A stretch of 64,000 nucleotides of DNA from a virus. Within the stretch, counting starts at the first letter, position 1; every line of letters starts with the position of its first letter. The stretch lies in IMG/VR virus record IMGVR_UViG_3300021335_000009, positions 20,170 to 84,169 of that record; one strand, 5' to 3'. The notes under the pieces were generated by a model that had not been told where the DNA came from, searched no databases, and saw nothing but the letters and a program-made list of their open reading frames with translations. Both the position numbers and the translations under genes were made by a program. Below, piece by piece: positions 55,958-64,000 of this stretch.

Positions 55958-56845
55958 TTCAGAAATAATAAAAGATTCTCTATTCCCGTTTACATCCAAA
56001 AGAGAGGATATATTAAATTCGGCCAAATTATTTCCAGTTCCAACTGTTATAAGATTATTTATAACGGGAAAGCTAGAACTGCTTGAAGTTAAAATAGCTC
56101 CATTTGCTCCAGATATTGTTACTTGTTCCGTATCGGTTCTAATTCTAAAATCAATATCTACATCAAGAACTAATCCATCTTCAATAATTAAGTTTGACCC
56201 AGTAAAAATATCAACAGTTCCAGCTTCAGAAAGCTCAATATCTCTTATGTTTTGTCTGTTGATTCTATACTCAGAAGTATTAATTATTGGAGTATCTTGA
56301 AACCCGCTAAACATAATTCCACTAACCCCTTCAGAAACATTTCCAAATGTTAGAAAGTCCAAAGGTAGTACCTTGTAGCATATATTTTCTTCAATTCTTT
56401 GATTAATTGCGTCTTTTGTCACGGAAAAAACAAAAGATTCTGCATTTTCATCAACTTGGGCTAACGATTTCGATATAAGGTTTGACTCATTTAAAAAATC
56501 AGCATCAAAAGTTAAAGATTGCCCAGTAAAAATAGCCAATTGTTTTATATTTCTAGTGGCCAACCCGCTTTGACCATCAAGATCACCAGAAAAAAAACAT
56601 CTTAAATTGATTTTTTCTGTCAATATGTTAAAATCTTCTATTAATTGCAAGCCTTCTCCAGTAGGAAGTTGAGCCTGTTCTTTTCCTTCAAACTCTATTC
56701 CAGTTATCGCGAATTCGGGAAAAGTCACATCAAAAGACCCTGATCCGCTTTGAAAACTTGAAGAATCCTCGCTTTCAATAAAAAATTCTAACCTGTATCC
56801 GTCTCTAGCTGGATGCTGCCCAATTACTGTTTCATTATATATCAT
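55952..56845 (-). CDS. Tail-associated hypothetical protein
   Basis: Acidic beta-rich 297 aa, coupled to the tip gene. Confidence 0.6.
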   Translation of the reverse strand: MIYNETVIGQHPARDGYRLEFFIESEDSSSFQSGSGSFDVTFPEFAITGIEFEGKEQAQLPTGEGLQLIEDFNILTEKINLRCFFSGDLDGQSGLATRNIKQLAIFTGQSLTFDADFLNESNLISKSLAQVDENAESFVFSVTKDAINQRIEENICYKVLPLDFLTFGNVSEGVSGIMFSGFQDTPIINTSEYRINRQNIRDIELSEAGTVDIFTGSNLIIEDGLVLDVDIDFRIRTDTEQVTISGANGAILTSSSSSFPVINNLITVGTGNNLAEFNISSLLDVNGNRESFIISEL

Positions 56846-59800
56846 AATGTTCCTGTGTTTCCTATCTGTATAAAATCAAAACTATGAGGTGAAAACCTGT
56901 TTATAATTTGATCTGATTTTTGAATCTCTCCGTTGACTTGAACAGAACTATAGTTAGATAACTCGTCCGTAAATACTGGATAATTATTTCCAGAAAAAGA
57001 AACCATAAAGTTGGTGTTAGGATGAGAATTATATCCTGTAAAAAAACTATAAGGATCGCTGTAATAATCTCCAGTAACAAGATCTCCTGTTATAAAAGCC
57101 ATATAATTTAAAGCCAATCCTTGAGTTAAAGAAGTTCCAGTTAAAGAAGAATTTCCTAACAAATTTATATTGTTTCTTGATGGATACAAATCACCAGTAA
57201 AGTCAGTTCCAGTAATAGAAGAGTTTGAATAATTTAAAGACCCGTCTAAATATCCGACTAATTCAAGATCTCTATCAATAACGACTTGTATCATGTGAGG
57301 CTGGTTATCGTTTATTGGCGTAGAAATAGCCTCAAAATCCTCTCCATTGATATTTACATAGTTCTTGCCATCTCCAGACTGAAACCATGCTATACCCGTA
57401 TTTCCGTTTGAGTATTCCATTAAATATTGTTTGCCTGTTAAATCTTCGGAAAATCTAGCCCAAGTAACTAAGCTAATATCATCTTCATAAGCAAAAGAAG
57501 AACCACTTAAAGAAATATTATTTGTTGATCCGTCGGAGTTTTTGAATTTAATTCCAGACTGATAATCATTGATGTCCATAAGATAATTTATTACCTTATT
57601 TTGGTTGCCAGTCCTATGAATAACAGAAAACTCTTCTTGGTATTCGCTTGTTGTTTTTTGGCTAAATATCATTTGATTATCAAAATTATACCTATAGCCA
57701 GTTCCGTTAAACTCTTCTAAAATATTGTCTTCAATAGTATTGAATCCGCTAGCTCCCGAAGAGGATATATTTATAGAATTAAGCGGCAAAGAGTTATTTA
57801 ATAAAATATTAAAAGATTCCTCATCTGTAGCAATATAGCCAAAAACGCTATTTGCAGCAAAAGCATTTCCGTTTTCATCAAAAGCGTTTACGCTAAATCC
57901 AGATACAGAGCTTCCTGTAATGTTAGTAGAACAAAATAAGCTTTCCGTTGGGTGGTCTGCTTGTTGTAATTGAGTTATTACTTTAGGAAAAGAAGAAAAA
58001 GAATTTTCAAATTCTAAGTCTATATATCCAGAATTTTGACCTTTGTTAAATTGTTTTACTTCAATTGTTTTTGAATTATTTGCAAATTTAAATACTCCAG
58101 TGGGAGAAGCAAAATAAGCATAATTGGTTTCATTAGGCATTAATCCTGTCACAAAAAATCCGCTAGTTGTCGAACTGACTCTTCCGATTTGCTTTTGTTT
58201 TATTTCTCTTCCATCTGAATCTTCAAATGAACCTTGTTTAATTTGCTGGATAAAGACCATTGGAGGCTCTTCGTAAAAACCAGCCTCAGTTTCAAACTCA
58301 ATGAACTGCCCGTTTGTTGAAAGGTCTCCAGACCCACTTAAAGTAAAAAAATCAGCCTGAAATTTTAATCCTGAAGGTATAAAATATCTAGCATCTCCTG
58401 TGTATCCAAACCCTTCATCTAAATCTTCATTGCTTACCGTAAAAGATGTTTCATTTGTTAGTATTTTAAAAGAAGATTTTTTTAAATTTCCTTGTCGATC
58501 TAATAAATTTACCACTTGGCTAGATATAGATTGCAAAACATTATTGTCGCTATTGCCAAAAATATCTTCAAATTCAAGGTTAAAAGTCGCATTTATGTTT
58601 GGGTCGTTTTCTACAAACGATACATTGGCAGATCCAGTTTCATTAACATTGTCATATTCTCCGTTTATAAAGTCAGTAAGAATACTAATGTCTTTATATT
58701 CGACAAAAGAATCTGTTGATACGTTTAGTCCAAAATCAGAAGCTTGAGTAGTAAAATTTATTGTGAATGCATTATTGCTTCTTGCTACGACTGGAGTAGT
58801 ATTTTCTGAGAATATGTTTATTTCATAATCTCCAATTTGATCTATTTTTGATTGCCCACTTAGTGTAATTGTTGTTGTAGCTCCAGAATCTTTATCAACC
58901 TGAGAGATAATTTGATTTGTGTTAGGCTCTTCTAAAAAAACAATAAATTTTTGTCCAGGAATTGCCGCAGATGGAGTAATTTCTAAAGGAAGATTTAAAG
59001 AACCATCCAAATTAGATGAAAAAGCTCCAGTTGTAACTTGTATTGGGGCGGCAGGTTTTGTAAAATCTGTTATTGTTAAATCTGGTTGAAAAGAATCAGC
59101 GTCTAAATCAAAAGAAACATTTTCTTCAATAAGTTTAAATTTTCCAGTATGGTGTATCAGCCCTAAAACGCCATATCCAAAATCAGGATTTTCTTCTATA
59201 TTTATAACTCTGTAGTATTTCGGATTTCTTCCACTAATATCTATTGAATATTCAGAGCCTGCAATTATATTTGCAGGATTTTCTGAAAACCACTGAGTAA
59301 AAGCATTAGTATCGGTTGCGTAATTTGTTCCTGCAAAAGTTCCAACAGAGTCAATATGAATAGCAACACCTTCTTCTAAAATATCATAACTAAGTCCAGA
59401 CCCCCCTTCTACAATTTTTAATGAAATCGTTTGAGGATTATGAATTTTTTGATACAGTTTGTTATCAGAAGTTGGATTTTTGTAAAACTCATCTATACCG
59501 CTTCTTCCGATTCCGTTGTAAATATGAATATTTCCTTTGGTTATTAGTTCAAGTTGATCGCTATTGATTGAAGGCTCTACTATTATAGATTTTGGACCCA
59601 ATCCGCTTTCGATGTTTGTCAAGCCTTTTCCTGTAGAATCTGGATTAAAATAATATTCTTGGCCAGAAGTGGTTAAAACAGTTCCAAAGTTTTTTGAAAA
59701 GTTTCTCATTTCATCGTCTACTTGAACGATGTCTCCAGGTTGCAGCAACAAGCCTTCAAACCCAACATTAAAAGAAACCGTCTCTGTGGTATTTGCAGAT

Positions 59801-61761
59801 TCAAATAATAAGTATTTTGCCAATCTATTTGCTTGCCCTCTTGAAGTTATTCCTAATCCAGCAACTTGTTTTAAATTTATACCTACTTTTTTTATTGTTT
59901 CTTCATCTTCTACGTATTCAGTTTTCGCAGTAAAATTAGATCTTTTGTCTAAATAAGAAATTTCAATTGCTGAAAGTTTTTGAGTATTGTCTGTATCTGC
60001 ATAAACAAATTGACCATCTTTAACATTCAAGTTGTTAAACATTAAATGGGGTGGAAATTTTAAATTTTTTGGAGGTACAAACTCGTCACTTTCAGGCAGG
60101 GTTTTAGTTAAAGACTCTTCAAAAGCTTCGGACCTATTAAAATCTTCAAAAAAGTAAGGGCGATCAACTCTAACACCAACAGAAGCATTGTTGTAGTAAG
60201 TCATAGCTCTAAAAGTTTTTGACAAATCTTGCAATACTTCTATAGCGTTTTTTTGATCCTTTATAGATATATTGCAGCTAAATCTAGGCTCTAACCCTCC
60301 AAAGCCGTCATCAAGACCCACAAACTCCCCATTAGCATTAACAGCGTCGCAATATCTTCCTATTTCATAAAGAGACCATTTATCGACAATATTAACGTCT
60401 CTTAAATAAGATCCTATTCCATACCTATTGTTAATCAATAAATCAAAATAAATCCATGCGGGATTGTCTGTCCAGCCTAATTTAAAAGATCCGTCCCAAT
60501 CTCTATTGCTGGATAATTCAGTTCCATCCAAATCAGCACAGTCTCCATTAAAGTTTAAATCTCCATATATAACCCTTCCAGAAGAACTCCCATCTTCAGA
60601 AAATCTTCTGTCTATCGAACAGTTATTTACAGGATGGTAATTACTTGGAATCAATACCTTTTTACCTTTTACTCTAAAAGTTCTTTCTGGGACAGAGGGG
60701 TAATATCTAGAATCTATAGATGTGCTTACTGTAGCAGAATTTGGATATATAAAATTTTCATCACCGCTTTCCACTATAGAGTTGATACCTCCATCTCTTT
60801 TTACCAAATTTGAAATTGTTTCATGCTCTATTTTTTGTATCTCTACAAAATTATATAAATCATTTTCTTCTAAATCAGGAATTTGTATATTTTCTAAAGA
60901 TATAGAATATGGAGATGTAATAACGCCTGTTATTGACACTCTGCCATTTCCATTACCAACAGAAACGCTTTTTCCTGCTCTAGTGGTAAATACAGCGAAT
61001 TGTTCTGTAGAAGACCCATCGCTATTAAGTTTTCCAACTTTTATTTCAAATGTTATGGTTGCTGGCAAATGAGTTCCTATTTTACTTCTACCTGCTTCAT
61101 TTTCAGATGCAGAAGAAAAACTTTTTGTATCCATAAGTTGATCTATCTGCATGTTTAAAGTTATTTTTTTTATATTTTTGTCATAATTTGTATATAAAAA
61201 AGGTTCTGGATTCCTCTCTCTTGGAACAAAATTTTGCCAATTTACAAAATCTCTTGCGCTGGTTCCTTCTCTTCTTACATCTCTACTTCCAGATCCAGTT
61301 CTTGCTCCATTTTCTGCCCCACTCATACTGTACGGGCCTTTTATTGGTCTTTTGAAATTTTTAATTCTTTCTGGGGTAGACCCAACTAAGGGAGCATCTT
61401 GAAATTCTTCTCCCACTCTTAGGGAAACATCATATTTACCTAAATTCGGAGAGTTTCTTTCATCCCTTAGAGGAACATTATCAAAATAAACTCCTTTGTC
61501 TACCCCTTCAGAAGAACTCCCTACTTCGTTATCAGAATTAGAAAATTCTTTTTTTGTTCTTAAAGATGTTAATAATTTTCCTTTTTGGTCTGTTAAGCCT
61601 GCTATTGGACCTTCTCCAATTAGATCTAAAGCCTCGTATAACTGAAAACCTATTTTTGTAAAAGATCCATCTGGAGGCATTAAGAAGCTTGGTTTAGCTC
61701 CTTTTGAACCAGCTACAGAAACACTCGTTTTGTTTTTAAAAATATTTTTATAAAACTGCAT
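56842..61761 (-). CDS. Tail tip/central fibre protein (lambda J-like) with C-terminal LamG-like domain
   Basis: DLIGEGPIAGL, KGKKVLIPSNY, WDGSFK.GWTDNPAWI..DLL.N.RYG, GITSRGQA.R motifs. Confidence 0.9.
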   Translation of the reverse strand: MQFYKNIFKNKTSVSVAGSKGAKPSFLMPPDGSFTKIGFQLYEALDLIGEGPIAGLTDQKGKLLTSLRTKKEFSNSDNEVGSSSEGVDKGVYFDNVPLRDERNSPNLGKYDVSLRVGEEFQDAPLVGSTPERIKNFKRPIKGPYSMSGAENGARTGSGSRDVRREGTSARDFVNWQNFVPRERNPEPFLYTNYDKNIKKITLNMQIDQLMDTKSFSSASENEAGRSKIGTHLPATITFEIKVGKLNSDGSSTEQFAVFTTRAGKSVSVGNGNGRVSITGVITSPYSISLENIQIPDLEENDLYNFVEIQKIEHETISNLVKRDGGINSIVESGDENFIYPNSATVSTSIDSRYYPSVPERTFRVKGKKVLIPSNYHPVNNCSIDRRFSEDGSSSGRVIYGDLNFNGDCADLDGTELSSNRDWDGSFKLGWTDNPAWIYFDLLINNRYGIGSYLRDVNIVDKWSLYEIGRYCDAVNANGEFVGLDDGFGGLEPRFSCNISIKDQKNAIEVLQDLSKTFRAMTYYNNASVGVRVDRPYFFEDFNRSEAFEESLTKTLPESDEFVPPKNLKFPPHLMFNNLNVKDGQFVYADTDNTQKLSAIEISYLDKRSNFTAKTEYVEDEETIKKVGINLKQVAGLGITSRGQANRLAKYLLFESANTTETVSFNVGFEGLLLQPGDIVQVDDEMRNFSKNFGTVLTTSGQEYYFNPDSTGKGLTNIESGLGPKSIIVEPSINSDQLELITKGNIHIYNGIGRSGIDEFYKNPTSDNKLYQKIHNPQTISLKIVEGGSGLSYDILEEGVAIHIDSVGTFAGTNYATDTNAFTQWFSENPANIIAGSEYSIDISGRNPKYYRVINIEENPDFGYGVLGLIHHTGKFKLIEENVSFDLDADSFQPDLTITDFTKPAAPIQVTTGAFSSNLDGSLNLPLEITPSAAIPGQKFIVFLEEPNTNQIISQVDKDSGATTTITLSGQSKIDQIGDYEINIFSENTTPVVARSNNAFTINFTTQASDFGLNVSTDSFVEYKDISILTDFINGEYDNVNETGSANVSFVENDPNINATFNLEFEDIFGNSDNNVLQSISSQVVNLLDRQGNLKKSSFKILTNETSFTVSNEDLDEGFGYTGDARYFIPSGLKFQADFFTLSGSGDLSTNGQFIEFETEAGFYEEPPMVFIQQIKQGSFEDSDGREIKQKQIGRVSSTTSGFFVTGLMPNETNYAYFASPTGVFKFANNSKTIEVKQFNKGQNSGYIDLEFENSFSSFPKVITQLQQADHPTESLFCSTNITGSSVSGFSVNAFDENGNAFAANSVFGYIATDEESFNILLNNSLPLNSINISSSGASGFNTIEDNILEEFNGTGYRYNFDNQMIFSQKTTSEYQEEFSVIHRTGNQNKVINYLMDINDYQSGIKFKNSDGSTNNISLSGSSFAYEDDISLVTWARFSEDLTGKQYLMEYSNGNTGIAWFQSGDGKNYVNINGEDFEAISTPINDNQPHMIQVVIDRDLELVGYLDGSLNYSNSSITGTDFTGDLYPSRNNINLLGNSSLTGTSLTQGLALNYMAFITGDLVTGDYYSDPYSFFTGYNSHPNTNFMVSFSGNNYPVFTDELSNYSSVQVNGEIQKSDQIINRFSPHSFDFIQIGNTGTL

Positions 61762-62351
61762 TATCCCATGTCCTCACTTACTACATTTGTAGAAATAATA
61801 TTAGATCCTATTTTAATTTCTCCATAAATCAGAGGAATAGGAAAGCCTTGAACAGCGTTGTTTTTTGTAGTTGAAAAAATATAACTAGAGGTGTCTATTT
61901 TAGATTCGGCTTTTTGTTCTTTGGCTGTTTCTGGCAATGGGAAAAGAAGCATTGAAACTCCTTGCAATATCAGAGACACTCCTAAACTAACCAAAAACCC
62001 ACTTAATCCCGCCCCCAAAACAGAAGCGGCAGCAACGCCTGTTCCAGCGGCAGCAATACCAGCAAGTATAAAAGCCGCAGGGCCAGATCCAACTACAGAA
62101 GGAACTATATGAATTTCTTTTGGAGGCTGTTGTTGTAAAAAATCTTCGGGTTTTTGGTACTTTTTTTCGGGATTCTGAGGGTCAATAAAACAATAATCCA
62201 TGTCTGATTTAAAGTAAGACAAGATGGCATTTTTAAATCCAGGATTATTTGCATTTATAGCTGGGATTATTTCACTCATTCTCCTTACTTTTAATTTGTG
62301 AGAATTTCCGTAAATTTTACCTAAAAGTCCATGTATAATTATATTAGTCAT
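61761..62351 (-). CDS. Tail assembly protein (lambda I-like)
   Basis: IIIHGLLGKIYG, IHIVPSVVGSG, SYIFS...QGFPIPLIYG...GS.IIS motifs. Confidence 0.88.
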   Translation of the reverse strand: MTNIIIHGLLGKIYGNSHKLKVRRMSEIIPAINANNPGFKNAILSYFKSDMDYCFIDPQNPEKKYQKPEDFLQQQPPKEIHIVPSVVGSGPAAFILAGIAAAGTGVAAASVLGAGLSGFLVSLGVSLILQGVSMLLFPLPETAKEQKAESKIDTSSYIFSTTKNNAVQGFPIPLIYGEIKIGSNIISTNVVSEDMG

Positions 62352-62736
62352 CCAAAATACCCTTCAAGTCATTTACACATTTTTCGTCGGTTTCGAAATA
62401 AGACTCACAAAATAAAGAAAATTTTTCTGTTTCTAAAGAATAAATTAAAAAAGGGAACAAGCAATTTTTAGAGTTTTTTTTGTCAAGATCTGAGGGTTTT
62501 TCGTCAGAATCTATATGACTATGAAATATAGCAATTAACTCTCCGCTAAGTTTTCTTTCTAAAAAATCAATAGGGTTTATTAAGAAAAAACTATCATCAC
62601 TCGAATAATTTATTGCTTTTTGCAAAACTATTTTTTCTTCTTTTTTGCATACAAACCCACACACTTCTCTCATGGGAGAAGACTCTGCAAATTGAATTAA
62701 ATCTTGTTTTAGGTTATGGTTTTGGCGGGTATTCAT
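62344..62736 (-). CDS. Tail assembly protein K-like JAB/MPN domain
   Basis: EVCGFV...FHSH...PS.LD JAMM motif. No NlpC/P60 half. Confidence 0.85.
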   Translation of the reverse strand: MNTRQNHNLKQDLIQFAESSPMREVCGFVCKKEEKIVLQKAINYSSDDSFFLINPIDFLERKLSGELIAIFHSHIDSDEKPSDLDKKNSKNCLFPFLIYSLETEKFSLFCESYFETDEKCVNDLKGILDD

Positions 62737-63685
62737 GAGTTCCTGGAAATCCTCCGAATCTTAAGTTGCTAGAAAATCTTAACTTGCAGTCACTTATTTT
62801 TTTGCCGCATTCATCTTTTTGCCAACTATTTGAATTTGGCGGAAAAGTTTCATTTCCAGAAGTTTGATCAGCGACGCAAACATAAAAAGTTTTTAACATT
62901 TCTGCTGGTTGATTTAAGTCTGTTTCAAAGTCTCCTCTTATAGGCATATTTTCTATTTGAGTAAAAACAAAATCTCCTTTATTGTATATTTGAGTGCTTT
63001 TCCACAGCCCTTTGTTTGTCGCGGGGGTTACAGTATTTCCAGAAGAGTCTGTAAAGTTTTTTGAGTCGCTTGTTGTTTTGGGGTTTCCGTTATATCTGCA
63101 TCCGTTGCATCTATAAATCCAAGTACAGTATCTTGAGTAAACATTTCTGTTGGGAATAAAGACATTATCCATCTCAAATACAGTGGATAATTCAAATTCG
63201 ACAAATTCTTTTGTTTCAGTAACTCTTCTGTTTATATAAAAAACTTCATCTGGCAAATGAGAATTTAAATCTGCCATTGAAGTCTGTGTAGATAGATCAA
63301 AAAAAGGGTTTTCACCATTTTCAAAGTTTTCGTCATCCAAAAACTTAGCAAATGTTCTTTTTCTGATTATTTTTGCGCCAACAAAATTATTATATATTTT
63401 TAAATATTTTGATAAAACTAATTCTGCGTTTGATATTTGTAATTTAGGTCTAGGGAGTTCATTATCGCCTTTTGAAGAAAAACCTTCAGACCTTATGGGG
63501 AGCGGAAGATAATCAACACCCTGCCAAGTTATCTTTTGCCCAATTCCTTTTTGCATTGGAGTAACCGCCAAAACACTATTTTGATCTTGAGAATAGTTGT
63601 AATAAATTAAAAAAAATTCTAAAAGTTGGCTAGGGTCTGGAGACAAAGCCTCTCTTGCCACTTCTCTATTAATACCTTGTGTCAT
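62714..63685 (-). CDS. Minor tail protein (lambda L-like)
   Basis: RKRTFAKFLD..NF, CTWIYR...C, DECGKKISDCKLRF, FGGFPG motifs. Confidence 0.9.
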   Translation of the reverse strand: MTQGINREVAREALSPDPSQLLEFFLIYYNYSQDQNSVLAVTPMQKGIGQKITWQGVDYLPLPIRSEGFSSKGDNELPRPKLQISNAELVLSKYLKIYNNFVGAKIIRKRTFAKFLDDENFENGENPFFDLSTQTSMADLNSHLPDEVFYINRRVTETKEFVEFELSTVFEMDNVFIPNRNVYSRYCTWIYRCNGCRYNGNPKTTSDSKNFTDSSGNTVTPATNKGLWKSTQIYNKGDFVFTQIENMPIRGDFETDLNQPAEMLKTFYVCVADQTSGNETFPPNSNSWQKDECGKKISDCKLRFSSNLRFGGFPGTHEYPPKP

Positions 63686-63750
63686 AATTTAGTTTACACT
63701 TTTAAATACTTTTTTATTATAAATAATATACTTATAAAATAAACAAACAA

Positions 63751-64000
63751 ATGCAAAAATATCACTTTACAGAAGATGTGGACTACAAAGAAGTTTATTT
63801 AATTGCAAGAGCTCAATTTAAAAAAATTATAATCCCTTTTGACGAACATAAATTTAAAGACAATTTTGAAGAAATTTTCTATGGAGATGAAGATTATTAT
63901 AAGCTGTTTTTAAAAAAAGAAGGGCAAATATTATGCGGAAACTTGGCTTATATTTTTGATGATTATATTTTTTGTGACATTTTTTTCTGGAACGAAAATA
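63751..64000 (+). CDS. Hypothetical protein (partial, runs off the window)
   Basis: ATG at 63751 (MQKYHFTEDVDYKEVYL...), frame open to the window end. Confidence 0.6.
   Translation, partial: MQKYHFTEDVDYKEVYLIARAQFKKIIIPFDEHKFKDNFEEIFYGDEDYYKLFLKKEGQILCGNLAYIFDDYIFCDIFFWNEN

Noticed and set aside
1-64000. Stop-codon reassignment
   Set aside because: Genes are full length and densely packed in code 11, and TAA, TAG and TGA all terminate genes.

Overview
AT-rich segment of a large tailed dsDNA phage genome (siphovirus-type tail, standard genetic code, no integrase or host genes seen). It holds tail/neck genes (tube protein, chaperones, 1697-aa tape measure, fibres with LamG, LRR and coiled-coil repeats, a lambda L/K/I/J-like tip cluster), nucleotide genes (nrdAB, thyX, dNMP kinase), a replisome (DnaB and DnaE each with an intein, primase, separate PHP and DnaQ-like genes, SSB, RecA-like, Cas4-like), a sigma factor, Hsp20, a single-ring Clp ATPase and several glycosylation genes. 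Transcripts appear mostly leaderless, from two promoter classes: TTGACW-N16-TAnnnT and GTGTAA-N6-11-ATG. The most striking unexplained element is a ~870-nt GC-rich, heavily base-paired non-coding region (36566-37430) directly behind a GTGTAA motif. It includes two tRNA-like cloverleaves that both have 6-nt anticodon loops. Also notable: an LRR fibre with DGR-like NNT/NNC hypervariable codons, a nuclease-like cargo in the tape measure, an AUC start with a perfect Shine-Dalgarno, and a candidate transcription-activated origin. All calls are by eye; no searches were run.
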